Shown here: piece after piece, positions 51,071-61,112 of the stretch
Position numbering within the stretch: the first letter of the stretch is position 1
Layout of the letters: each line of letters opens with the position of its first letter
DNA from: Promethearchaeia archaeon
Lineage (GTDB): Archaea > Asgardarchaeota > Lokiarchaeia > Sigyniarchaeales > SOKP01
NCBI GenBank assembly: GCA_029856145.1
Contig: JAHQWK010000016.1
Location: forward strand, 1-64,000
Direction of reading: 5' to 3'
Length of the DNA stretch: 64,000 bases
Notes under the pieces: generated by a model
What the model saw: the letters and a program-made list of their open reading frames with translations, nothing else
Told to the model about the DNA's origin: nothing
Databases searched by the model: none
Position numbers and translations under genes: made by a program

Positions 51071-51490
51071 TTAATCTGTTTCCAAATCCATTTTAAATTG
51101 CTCATAAATTTTCCTAACTCTATCAGCTGAAGGACCTTCTCCTCTCACTCCGTTTTCGTCAACAATAATTTTCCCACTTAAGATTGATATTATATTCTGA
51201 TCTTCAATATAATCTACATGCCCTTTTGTAAAAATAGTTGCAATTCTATCTGCTAAAGCCTGCATAGGAAAAGGTTCTTCTTCTAAACTTACGAATTTGT
51301 AAAAATTACTTCTTATAAACAATTTTGGAAACGATTTGCTTTTTTCGTTTTTAACATTAATAAGAATTAAATTGGAGTCTTCTGAAATTCCCTTTAATTG
51401 GCCAACAAAAAATTTATCCTTATCAACGTATACCTTAACTATTTTATCAATTAAAGTTCCTAACTCCGTATTATATTGCCTTATTGACAT
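51071..51490 (-). CDS. Lsm/SmAP3-type RNA-binding protein
   Basis: LIDKIVKV...GQLKGI...NLIL Sm1 motif plus C-terminal domain. Confidence 0.8.
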   Translation of the reverse strand: MSIRQYNTELGTLIDKIVKVYVDKDKFFVGQLKGISEDSNLILINVKNEKSKSFPKLFIRSNFYKFVSLEEEPFPMQALADRIATIFTKGHVDYIEDQNIISILSGKIIVDENGVRGEGPSADRVRKIYEQFKMDLETD

Positions 51491-51554
51491 AATCCATCAG
51501 AACTTTTTTAGTTATTAATAATATTATACTCTTTTGCTTTTATTCTTATTTTAA

Positions 51555-52211
51555 CTAATTTAAGATATAATTTATAAGTTTGGAGATATTTTCTCCAGTT
51601 GTAGCGCTTGTAACAAAAATTTTGAGATTTGGATTAATTTCTCTAGCATCTTTTACCATATCTTCAATATTTACATCCATAACATCTTTTAAATCAATCT
51701 TATTAATAATAGCAACATCAGAAAATTTAAACAACATTGGATGTTTACGAATTACCCATGGACCTTCTGTTATTGATACTATTACAATCCGTTTCTCAAC
51801 ACCTAAAATAAAATCAGAAGGACAAATCAAATTTCCTACGTTTTCTATAAATACTACGTTGACTTCATTTAAATCATAATTCTTTAAAACTTGGGAGATA
51901 TGATATGAATTCAATGCACATTCGCGCCCAGTATTAATCTGAATTGTCCGTACACCATGTTTTTCAATTCTATCAGCATCTATTCTGGTAGCTACATCAC
52001 CATTGATAACAAGAATATTATAATCTCGTGAAATTTTTTCTACAATATTTTCAATAATCGCCGTTTTTCCCGCCCCTATAGCACCAACAAAATCATAGCT
52101 TCTAATATTTTTTTCTTTCAATATTTGTTTATTTTCTTCTGCTAATCTATCATTATTTTCTATTAAATCTTCATTTAATTCTATTATTCTAGACGTTTTA
52201 TTTCCGGGCAT
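51555..52211 (-). CDS. hypB: Hydrogenase nickel-incorporation GTPase HypB
   Basis: GAIGAGKT, ENVGNLICP, NKID, TSA. Confidence 0.92.
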   Translation of the reverse strand: MPGNKTSRIIELNEDLIENNDRLAEENKQILKEKNIRSYDFVGAIGAGKTAIIENIVEKISRDYNILVINGDVATRIDADRIEKHGVRTIQINTGRECALNSYHISQVLKNYDLNEVNVVFIENVGNLICPSDFILGVEKRIVIVSITEGPWVIRKHPMLFKFSDVAIINKIDLKDVMDVNIEDMVKDAREINPNLKIFVTSATTGENISKLINYILN

Positions 52212-52312
52212 TTTTAATGTTCAGATAATATTGTGAATTCAATAGGATATAAAAATAAAGACTTATTCCTTGATAATTTTTATGAATTCGAATAAGAAAT
52301 ATAGGTATGAAT

Positions 52313-53248
52313 TTATCTTAAGTTAAATTGATATTTATATACGATATAAGCCCCTAATATTCCACCTAATTCTGGCAAGTAAAACACAATAACATAAGGG
52401 TCAGTCCAAACAAAAAATATTACTGGAAATAACCTAAGAAGTACAATTAGTAACAAAAAAGATCTCCCATTCATTCTAATTGGAAGGAAATACATTAAAG
52501 CCGTTATTTTTCGATTCATAATTGGAAAAAGGGAATATGAGAATAATCCTAGTATGCCGCCCCACGCTAATCCAATATAAAGGTTATATGAATTTAAGGG
52601 ATATATTGATATGAGTGAAATTCTCAATAAGAAATAGAAAAGAGCTGTAAATAAGCAACTTATTATATACAATATTATTAAAAATTTAGTTCCTTGGCTG
52701 GCTTCAATATTTCTAGCCATAAAATATAAAATCAATAACATAATAAACAAGAAAAACAAACTTAACCAATCATCAGTTCCAACAAAAAGACTAGTAAAAA
52801 AAGTATGGTATGTGAATTTATGTACTATTCCATGTAAACTTAAAGATATATATTCAGGGATCTCATAATAACTAAAAAATAAAGCTATAATAGAGAATAC
52901 TATGATTGTAAAAAAGAGTGTTTTAGTTCCCTGATATTGAGATATTTTTTTATAAGGTTTCTGATATAACCTTAATGTTCTTTCATTTTGTTTTTCTTGT
53001 CTTCTTAAGTATTTTTTGAACGCTTTAGGTTCTTTATCTAAATAAACCCTAGATACCGGTTTTTTCATTGTAGTATCTTGGTATCTTTGATTAGTTTGAG
53101 TAGTAGGGACTACAGGTACATGTTTTAATTCAAATGTACATTCGTGATTTTCAGGTAATCGATGTTTTTTACAAAAAGTACTTCCACAGTATTTACAAGT
53201 AAATGGTAAATAAGTAATTTGTTCGCCGCAAAATTCGCAATAAGTCAG
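52313..53248 (-). CDS. AN1 zinc finger plus rhomboid-like membrane domain (probably inactive); CTG start at 53248
   Basis: Frame extends 60 codons above 53068: [37 protein letters not shown]; rhomboid-like TM region lacks GxSG and His. Confidence 0.75.
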   Translation of the reverse strand: MTYCEFCGEQITYLPFTCKYCGSTFCKKHRLPENHECTFELKHVPVVPTTQTNQRYQDTTMKKPVSRVYLDKEPKAFKKYLRRQEKQNERTLRLYQKPYKKISQYQGTKTLFFTIIVFSIIALFFSYYEIPEYISLSLHGIVHKFTYHTFFTSLFVGTDDWLSLFFLFIMLLILYFMARNIEASQGTKFLIILYIISCLFTALFYFLLRISLISIYPLNSYNLYIGLAWGGILGLFSYSLFPIMNRKITALMYFLPIRMNGRSFLLLIVLLRLFPVIFFVWTDPYVIVFYLPELGGILGAYIVYKYQFNLR

Positions 53249-53434
53249 CTTAAATCACTTTATATTGTTTTCGTGCTTCTATTAAATTAATTATAAAACT
53301 CAAAAATTTAATAATTTAAAATTATCATCCTTCATAATTTTTACTTTTTGTTTTTCTCTCGTTATTAATTTACTCTTTAGGATTTCAATATATAAAAATT
53401 AAAGAAAAATAAAGATTCAATTAAAATTATAAGA

Positions 53435-54436
53435 TTAAGGAATATATGGGTTTGTACTAATTGGAGCGTAGATAAGCATATACGTTATTATTAAAAGCGT
53501 TAGTAATGAACCACATAACGCGATATATACTTTTTTGTTCCATTTCCAAATATTTTGTCCATCTAAAATACCAATAGGAATCATATTAAAAGTACCTAAC
53601 ATAAAATTCAAATTCGCGGCTAACCCTATTAACATATTAAGTGGGTATATTGGAATTATAAAAGAGATTATGAATAGGATGATACCATAAACTAGATTAA
53701 CTGTGGGACCTGCAGCTTTGCACAATCCTGTAGTTTTATCTATTTTACTTAAACCTAAAACAACAACAGCACCAGGTAAGGCCAAGGAAGGGAAACTATT
53801 TCCACCAGAGATTAATGAATATATGTTAATTACAACGCCAAAAACTGTTAAAATCATCCCAAAGGTTAATAGTCTAAATTTTGTTTGAAGATTAAAATGA
53901 GCTGCTACTTGTCTATGTCCTAATTCATGAAAGAGAAAAGCTGTAGCATAAAAACCAGCTAACATGAAAATTGCCCATTCATATCCCGTATTAATTAAAT
54001 TAGGAGTGAAAGTTATAATGCCGATAATATAAATTAGTGAGACTCCGATTATAAAATGGAATAATTCTGATTTATGAGGCAATAAGATTCCTTTAAACTT
54101 AATTCCAGAATCAGGGTCAAATGCATTTACTGGTACTTGACTTTCTTGACGATACCAGGTATATGTGCCGTCTGTGGTCCCTCGAACTACTCCCGGGGTG
54201 TATGGTTGTTGATATGCTTGCTCTTGAGGGACTGGTGATTGCTGTGGCATTTGACTGTAAGATTGGATAACCGTTGGTGATTGTTGTAATCTTAGACTCT
54301 CTCTTACAATATTGCAATCGTGATTTACTGGGTCTTTATGTATTGCACAATAATCATACCCACATTCACTACAGTGAAAAGGATCTCCAATTATTTCTCC
54401 CCCACAATGTGCGCAATTTGCCATAATTATTACCAA
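53435..54436 (-). CDS. AN1 zinc finger plus site-2 protease (M50)
   Basis: CAHC...CSEC..YCAIH...HDC; HELGH, AAGP, NMIPIGILDG. Confidence 0.88.
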   Translation of the reverse strand: MVIIMANCAHCGGEIIGDPFHCSECGYDYCAIHKDPVNHDCNIVRESLRLQQSPTVIQSYSQMPQQSPVPQEQAYQQPYTPGVVRGTTDGTYTWYRQESQVPVNAFDPDSGIKFKGILLPHKSELFHFIIGVSLIYIIGIITFTPNLINTGYEWAIFMLAGFYATAFLFHELGHRQVAAHFNLQTKFRLLTFGMILTVFGVVINIYSLISGGNSFPSLALPGAVVVLGLSKIDKTTGLCKAAGPTVNLVYGIILFIISFIIPIYPLNMLIGLAANLNFMLGTFNMIPIGILDGQNIWKWNKKVYIALCGSLLTLLIITYMLIYAPISTNPYIP

Positions 54437-54642
54437 ATTTGGAATATTTAATTTTTTAAAAGAATGATTTTTTAATAAAATATAAAATTAAAGATTTAAA
54501 ATTTTATTGAGTATTGTCTTGCTAATTTTTTCTTACGTTTACTAAAATATTCTCCTAATACTTATTAATCTTAAATTAAGAAAAATATATTAAGCCGAAC
54601 TATACTAGGTTATTAAAGTTAAAGATTTTGTTGGTGTATTTT

Positions 54643-54810
54643 ATGAGTGAAGATGAAATTGAAGATGAGAATGAAGATGATATATCATTGGATGAAGAGC
54701 GAAAGAAATTAAAAGAGATGGGTGTCAATAGTACCTGGGATATCTTAACAACTGGTGAAAAGAAAAAGAAAGAACCGGAAGAAAAAAAAGAATTTATAGG
54801 ATTCAATTAA
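54643..54810 (+). CDS. Small acidic/charged protein
   Basis: ATG at 54643 after GGTG; MSEDEIEDENEDD... Confidence 0.55.
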   Translation: MSEDEIEDENEDDISLDEERKKLKEMGVNSTWDILTTGEKKKKEPEEKKEFIGFN

Positions 54811-54935
54811 TTTCTTTGATTCTTGTAATCTCTATTTATTCTAAATATAATAATAAACTCATATATGCAAAAAATTTAATTGCTAACCAATATAATAATC
54901 TAACAATTTAACATGAAATTTAAATTGATGGATAA

Positions 54936-56561
54936 TTGTCTACTCCTGTTTCAATTCACGATGGACCATTTACCACTAATACATTAGTATCAAAAATTTT
55001 TCTTGTTTTTTATAGTATTATCATCTGGTGCTCAATATTACCATTGCTTTTGGAATTATATTTTTTTTGGAAAATAATTGAATTTAATATATCCTTATTC
55101 ATTTGTTTATTACCAATTCAAATTTATTTTGGGTATCTAATTTTAGTTTTCACTTCCATTTTAATAGCAAAACTTTTTTTGATCACAATCAACCTCATTC
55201 ATAAACCTAAGGAAGGAGTCTTTAAGAGAATTAACCAGGACCCTGATTACTATTTTTGGAGCCTAAGAGCAGTTATTAAAAAGTGGCCAATATGGGTTTC
55301 TAAATTCATTCCTTTACCGTTTACTGATAAAATAAACTCAAGATGGTTTGAAAATGATTCAGAATTTATTAAATATGGAAAAAATATTTCAATCGGTAAA
55401 GGAAGTTCAGTAAAAGCGAGTATGGTTTTTAGCGATTTTTTAATTATTAAAAAAGTCAATATTGGAGAAAATGTAATCATTGGCTCAAATTCTTTCATTG
55501 CCCCTGGAACTCAAATCGGTAAAAATGTTATTATTGGAACGATGTCTGCTACTAAATTCAGTCAAACCTTAAAATCAGATTCCATTTACGCAGGTTTTCC
55601 CATTGAACGATTAAAAAACCAAGATTATTCCACATATGATTCCATTGAAAAATTAAGAGAAACCTTAACGAGCACAATTAATTTTAAAGATGATAGTTGC
55701 GATGATGTTAAATTAAATCTAAATCGTCTACAAGGAGAGAAATTTATGAAGAATCTAAAGTATGATTTGCTAATCTTTGGTTTAATCTATTTTTTATCTA
55801 ATGCAATACCCATTTTAGGAATAATCTATTTTGGATCAGAATTATTCATTCCATTTTTTCTCCAAAATCCCAATTTATTTTCTATTTTTACAAACGTACT
55901 CTCACTCACAGTTTTTCTTTTAACTCCTTTAATTCTTATCATCTTTTATATAATAAACTTATTAGGAGTAATCTTCTTTGGAAAATTATTTTATAGAATC
56001 ATGCTGTATATAAAACCTAGTGAAGAAGGAATTTTAGATTGGCAGAATAAAGATAAGGACTTTATATATTACTTCAGACGCTCTTTTCTAATAAGATATG
56101 TCAAATGGAAAGTACAAAAAAGTCCCTTTCCATGGTTAATAAAATTCGCTTATAATAATATTGGGAATTGCCAAATTGGTAGAAATACGGTGATCGAAGA
56201 TTCCTTTTTAGCAAAAGAATTTTTAGAAGTGGGAAACAATGTATATTTAGGAAAAGTATTAATAGCAACTCATTTATGGGATAAAAATTTATCTATAAAA
56301 AAGATTATTATAGGAGATAATGTAGTCATTCAAGATAATTCCTGCATTGCTCCAGGTACAGAAATTGAGGAAAATGTATCTTTATTTCCATTATCAATAA
56401 CGGTTAAATGTGAAAAACTTATAGCAAATTCATTTTACTTAAATACTCCTTTAGTAAAAATTAGCAACGAGGAATTAATCAATGCTTTTAATCTAAACTT
56501 GTATGATATAAATCCTAAAAAAATCAGTTTAAAAAGAGATGAATCCTATTATAATTACTAA
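54936..56561 (+). CDS. Membrane protein with two left-handed beta-helix (hexapeptide) modules
   Basis: Repeated TM + KPKEG + IGENVIIGSNSFIAPG units. Confidence 0.8.
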   Translation: MSTPVSIHDGPFTTNTLVSKIFLVFYSIIIWCSILPLLLELYFFWKIIEFNISLFICLLPIQIYFGYLILVFTSILIAKLFLITINLIHKPKEGVFKRINQDPDYYFWSLRAVIKKWPIWVSKFIPLPFTDKINSRWFENDSEFIKYGKNISIGKGSSVKASMVFSDFLIIKKVNIGENVIIGSNSFIAPGTQIGKNVIIGTMSATKFSQTLKSDSIYAGFPIERLKNQDYSTYDSIEKLRETLTSTINFKDDSCDDVKLNLNRLQGEKFMKNLKYDLLIFGLIYFLSNAIPILGIIYFGSELFIPFFLQNPNLFSIFTNVLSLTVFLLTPLILIIFYIINLLGVIFFGKLFYRIMLYIKPSEEGILDWQNKDKDFIYYFRRSFLIRYVKWKVQKSPFPWLIKFAYNNIGNCQIGRNTVIEDSFLAKEFLEVGNNVYLGKVLIATHLWDKNLSIKKIIIGDNVVIQDNSCIAPGTEIEENVSLFPLSITVKCEKLIANSFYLNTPLVKISNEELINAFNLNLYDINPKKISLKRDESYYNY

Positions 56562-57282
56562 CAATTTAGTAGAAGAAAAGAAGATTTACTGGCTCTATCC
56601 CATTTTAATTTGGTTATCATTTTTTCCTACAAGTCTAATTTATCTGTTTTTCTTTAATTTTTTCTCATTTTGGATTGATCCTATATTTATTATTTGCTTT
56701 TTACCAATTTCACTTGTTTTATATTATCTAGTTTTTATTCTCTTTCTTCTACTATTTGCTAAATTAATTTTAATCCTTCTTAATATGATTAATAAACCAA
56801 AAGAGGGGATATTTCAGAGAAATTTCCAAGATAAAAATTATCGTTTTTTTGTTATAAGAACATGTCTAAAGCGGTTTGTTCTAAAAATATATAATTATTT
56901 TCCTTTACCTTGGGCAAAAATTCTTGCGTTGAGATTATTTGGGGTAAAAATCTCTAATAACACAGGGATATTAGACAGTTTTATTGATTCCGATTTTATT
57001 GTAATCGGTGATAATGTTATACTAGGGGAAGGTTCACTTGTAATGAATTCAATGATTTTAGGGGATTATTTATTAGTAAGAAAAGTTATTTTAAACCGAG
57101 GGTGCACTATTGGCGCATTCAGTGTAATTGCTCCTGGAACTATCGTAGAAGAAGGAGCAATTCTGGGAATGGGAAGTTATACATATTTAAACCAACGACT
57201 TGAAAAGAATTATATTCATTTTGGAAGACCTGCGAAGAGATGGAAAAAAATTGAAGATAATTTTACATTTTCCAAAAAATAA
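56539..57282 (+). CDS. Membrane protein with one hexapeptide-repeat module (paralog of upstream gene)
   Basis: KPKEGIF, IGDNVILGEG, IGAFSVIAPG, GRPA. Confidence 0.8.
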   Translation: MNPIIITNNLVEEKKIYWLYPILIWLSFFPTSLIYLFFFNFFSFWIDPIFIICFLPISLVLYYLVFILFLLLFAKLILILLNMINKPKEGIFQRNFQDKNYRFFVIRTCLKRFVLKIYNYFPLPWAKILALRLFGVKISNNTGILDSFIDSDFIVIGDNVILGEGSLVMNSMILGDYLLVRKVILNRGCTIGAFSVIAPGTIVEEGAILGMGSYTYLNQRLEKNYIHFGRPAKRWKKIEDNFTFSKK

Positions 57283-57339
57283 TTATACTTCATAAAATTA
57301 GATTAAAATATTAATATAATAATTTCGGAAGAAAATCAA

Positions 57340-57606
57340 ATGAGGCATAGGGTATATTGTCCTACATGTGAGCAAGAGGTTGTATTACGTAGAAAAAATT
57401 TTGATCACATCTATCACGAGGTACTCTTATTCCTCGTTATCCTAACATTAGGTTTAGGTTTTATTATTTACCTTATTTTGAAATATAGTAAAAAACCAAA
57501 CACGTGCCCAAATTGCGAAACTGCATTTGATTTAGATAACCTTCCCTCCCAAAATATAAAAGTCACTAAGACTTTAGGTACAAGAAGTAACTTTATGCCT
57601 CCTTAA
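57340..57606 (+). CDS. LITAF-like zinc-ribbon membrane protein
   Basis: CPTC, hydrophobic segment, CPNC. Confidence 0.7.
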   Translation: MRHRVYCPTCEQEVVLRRKNFDHIYHEVLLFLVILTLGLGFIIYLILKYSKKPNTCPNCETAFDLDNLPSQNIKVTKTLGTRSNFMPP

Positions 57607-57859
57607 CTTTCATTTGTTTATTACATCTAGGACAAGTTTTATCAATATCAGTGAGCTCCTTTTTCATGATAGTTTTTTGATATTTGCATTTTGCACTTGA
57701 ACAAACAAGTGTATATTTTGTCAACTGAATTGATGGTTTTTCATGATGTTTCTTTTGTACATTTTCACTTTTACTTTTTTTGGTTTGATCGGGCGATTCT
57801 TTATTTTTCTTTGTTTTCTTAGTGTCATCTTCTGACTTGAGCCATTTATCTAAACCCAA
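57593..57859 (-). CDS. Small basic protein with C-terminal zinc ribbon
   Basis: MGLDKWL N-terminus; CSSAKC...CPRC. Confidence 0.65.
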   Translation of the reverse strand: MGLDKWLKSEDDTKKTKKNKESPDQTKKSKSENVQKKHHEKPSIQLTKYTLVCSSAKCKYQKTIMKKELTDIDKTCPRCNKQMKVKEA

Positions 57860-57977
57860 TTGAACTCACTTTAGAAATTTCTTATTTTATAAAAACTTAA
57901 GATATGAAATTAATTAATTGCTTCTTATAAATAAAAGAAGAGAAAAAAATAAAAATTTGTTTATCAAGAATGATTTG

Positions 57978-59222
57978 TTAAAAGACTTGAACCTTACCTG
58001 CAATAAGTCTTTTTCTTAAATCAATGAAATTCTCCTTACTAAGGCTTTCAGCTGAAACTTCTTCTGCTATTTTCTTTACTGAATCAAAGTTTACATTATC
58101 AGCTGGGATCAATTCGATAGAATTAACCCAAGGGTCCGTTATGGGGCGTCCTATTTGAGATAATAATTTAACATGTGCTTCTATGATATCGCCTTGACCT
58201 CTTTTAATGATCTCTCTTGCCATCTCTGTACCTAATACATTATATAGTTTTCCTACATGGTTTATAGGATTCTTTCCACAAACAGCTTCTAAACTCATTG
58301 GTCTACAAGGAGTAATAAGTCCGTTAGATCTATTGCCACGACCTACTTCTCCGTCATCACCAGCTTCAGCAGATGTCCCAGTAATTGTCAAATACACAAT
58401 ACCCTTTTCGATCTTATCAGCAACATTTACTTGGCATGTTACATCGCGTTCTGGGATAATATCTGCGGCTAAATCTAAAACTGCTTCTTTGATTTGATTG
58501 GTGTAACTTATATATTCACTGGCATCGTTGATATATTTGCTAATCATTGCAGCGGCAACAGTAATTCCGACTTCATTTCCATTTCTCTCAACCATTATCT
58601 TAACATCTTCCCCTGAAGCATTACATTTATCTTTGAATTTATCGGAATTAATCAACCTTTCTGCTTCTAAAGTTATCTTCTCAACATCCGAATTAGGAGC
58701 ATATCCTACTCCAAAACTAGTATCATTTGCAAGTGGAACTTCTTCAGTATGATGAGATTCATCAAAAACCCCTGTTAAATCTATTGAACCAGGTCGGACA
58801 GCATAGTCAAATTGGATATCCTTGTTTAAATCGAGGTTTCTAAAAATATTGGAAAGTACTTCACGTTGGGTTTCTATACAAATAATCGGAATAGGAATAT
58901 ATTCCAGTTTATTTGTGCCATCACCGCATTCTATAAGAATTTGATTTATTGCTCGTCCAACAATCAGAAAATATTGTGGTTGGATTATTAGACCCCCACC
59001 ATACTCTGGTTTCGCAGTCCCTCCAACTAAAGCTGCCTTATCAACATTATGGTGGTATATTCGGTCAAAATTCTCAAGATAATAAAGGCACAGAGCTCTA
59101 GAGCAAGCATCAGCAACTGCGTCACAAACAGTATCAGGATGTCCGATTCCTTTCCTTTCACAGAGTTCTGGGAAGTCACTCTTTTCAATTGGTAAAAAAT
59201 GAGCCTTCGAAATTTTCAACAT
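57978..59222 (-). CDS. mat: S-adenosylmethionine synthetase (archaeal type)
   Basis: [33 protein letters not shown]. Confidence 0.96.
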   Translation of the reverse strand: MLKISKAHFLPIEKSDFPELCERKGIGHPDTVCDAVADACSRALCLYYLENFDRIYHHNVDKAALVGGTAKPEYGGGLIIQPQYFLIVGRAINQILIECGDGTNKLEYIPIPIICIETQREVLSNIFRNLDLNKDIQFDYAVRPGSIDLTGVFDESHHTEEVPLANDTSFGVGYAPNSDVEKITLEAERLINSDKFKDKCNASGEDVKIMVERNGNEVGITVAAAMISKYINDASEYISYTNQIKEAVLDLAADIIPERDVTCQVNVADKIEKGIVYLTITGTSAEAGDDGEVGRGNRSNGLITPCRPMSLEAVCGKNPINHVGKLYNVLGTEMAREIIKRGQGDIIEAHVKLLSQIGRPITDPWVNSIELIPADNVNFDSVKKIAEEVSAESLSKENFIDLRKRLIAGKVQVF

Positions 59223-59396
59223 TTCAATTAACCATCTTATATAAATAGTTCTTTTAAATATGTTTTTAAATTAATTATCAGTTAAATTCCTTATTAAATG
59301 AAAAATGCAATTAATACATTTCATTATAATTTTTAATTAATAACTTTTATAAATATTTCGTAATTATAATATGCATAAAAAGCATAAAACTAATTC

Positions 59397-59993
59397 TTGG
59401 AAATAATGGAAAAATTACCTGATTTGAGCAAAATCAAAGAATTACGAAAAAAGTTAAATATTAGCCAAAAAGAACTAGCAGAAGAGCTTTCAAAGATTGA
59501 AGAATTAAATGTTCCTCAATCTACAATTTCTAGAATAGAAAGGGGAACAATTGATCCTCCATATACCAAATTCAAAAGAATTTTTGAATATTTAATTAGT
59601 AAACGTAAGGAAAAAGAAGAGTCAATTAAAATTGCCGAAGATTTTATGACCCAAAATATCAAATCCATAAATTCTAGCTCTACAATAAGAGAAGCAGTTA
59701 ACTTAATGAATGAAAATGAAATCTCACAATTGCCTATAATAGAAAATAATCAGAATATTGGAAGTATAACATCAAAAAAAATACAAAAATACATCACAGA
59801 TAATCCAAAAATTATCAATATGGATGTATCGCTAATAAAAGAATTACCATTTCCAGAAATTGATAAAAATTGGAATGTGAAGGATATATCTGATTTACTT
59901 CTAAAATATCCTGCTGTTTTGGTGAGAAAAAATAATGATTATATTGGAATAATCACTGATTCAGATCTTCTTAGATTACCTAATAAAAAATAA
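59397..59993 (+). CDS. HTH-CBS domain transcriptional regulator
   Basis: SQKELA...QSTISRIERG HTH; CBS pair (ISQLP, GIIT.SD). Confidence 0.9.
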   Translation: MEIMEKLPDLSKIKELRKKLNISQKELAEELSKIEELNVPQSTISRIERGTIDPPYTKFKRIFEYLISKRKEKEESIKIAEDFMTQNIKSINSSSTIREAVNLMNENEISQLPIIENNQNIGSITSKKIQKYITDNPKIINMDVSLIKELPFPEIDKNWNVKDISDLLLKYPAVLVRKNNDYIGIITDSDLLRLPNKK

Positions 59994-60110
59994 GAAAATT
60001 TCGAAAATCTATCAATTTTCCAAGGTAAAAGCTATATATTTGTAAATTGATATTACTTAATACAAAAAAGAATAATTTTTTTATGCAATATTGATTTTTA
60101 AAGATTAGAT

Positions 60111-61112
60111 TTGACGATTGAAAAAATCCTTCAAAGGATTGATGGTTTATTAAAGAAGGCTAATTATGAAACATTAGCACTGGGAAATTTTGCTATTAAT
60201 AAATGTAAATTCTGTTTTGATCTTTTAGTTAAAAAGGAAGATTTGGTCTTTAGTGTTAAAATCTTTCCCAATATAGATAACTTAAACCAAAGCGTTATTC
60301 ATGATATTAAATCTTTATCCTTAATCCTTAAATCAAAGCCCTTATTAATTGGAATCAGAAATCGGTATCAAAAATTAGAAGACAATACAATTTATGTAAG
60401 AGAAGGCTTACCCTTTATAACACTTAATACATTTGAGAATATACTCAATGAACAGTACCCTCATATCTTAGCAAGAAGAGGTGGTGGAGTAGTATTTTTA
60501 GATGGTACATTAATGAAAATTTTAAGAGAGAAACATTTAATAACACGAAAAGAACTTTCAGAAATCTTAGGAGTGACCAAGCGAACTATTTCTTCATATG
60601 AAAATGAATCTATGCGACCTTCCGAGAAAATTGCTGAAAAAATATTAGAAATCTTAGAAAATAATAATCTCTTTAAGAAAATGAATCTTTTTGAATGGAC
60701 TATTAAAGATAATATAGATGAAAAAGGAGTCTTAGAAGAAAAAGAATTAAGCCAATTTGAATCGCATGTTCAAGATATAATAAAAGATATTGGGCTTTCT
60801 TCTTATTGGTATAAAAAAGGATCTATTCCTTTCAAATTATCTTTATACTCTCAATCAGATAAAATAAGGTTAGATGACTTTTATCCTCTATTTTCTGGTA
60901 TATCTGAAGAACAGGGAAAAATTAATCAAATGAGCTTTCAATGCTTGAAGTTGTTTACAGATTTATTCCATAAAAATTCACTTTTCATAATTGATAATGA
61001 TATTAAAATTCCTGAGCCGTTTAAAAATGCAAATATCCCTATAGTTAAAATTAAAAATTTAGAAAAAGTTGATGACGAGGAAGAATTCGTTGAACTCATT
61101 CAAGAATCTTGA
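60111..61112 (+). CDS. Archaeal HTH transcriptional regulator (nuclease-like domains flanking an XRE HTH)
   Basis: CFDL...NIDNL, ARRGG, TRKELSEILGVTKRTISSYEN. Confidence 0.85.
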   Translation: MTIEKILQRIDGLLKKANYETLALGNFAINKCKFCFDLLVKKEDLVFSVKIFPNIDNLNQSVIHDIKSLSLILKSKPLLIGIRNRYQKLEDNTIYVREGLPFITLNTFENILNEQYPHILARRGGGVVFLDGTLMKILREKHLITRKELSEILGVTKRTISSYENESMRPSEKIAEKILEILENNNLFKKMNLFEWTIKDNIDEKGVLEEKELSQFESHVQDIIKDIGLSSYWYKKGSIPFKLSLYSQSDKIRLDDFYPLFSGISEEQGKINQMSFQCLKLFTDLFHKNSLFIIDNDIKIPEPFKNANIPIVKIKNLEKVDDEEEFVELIQES

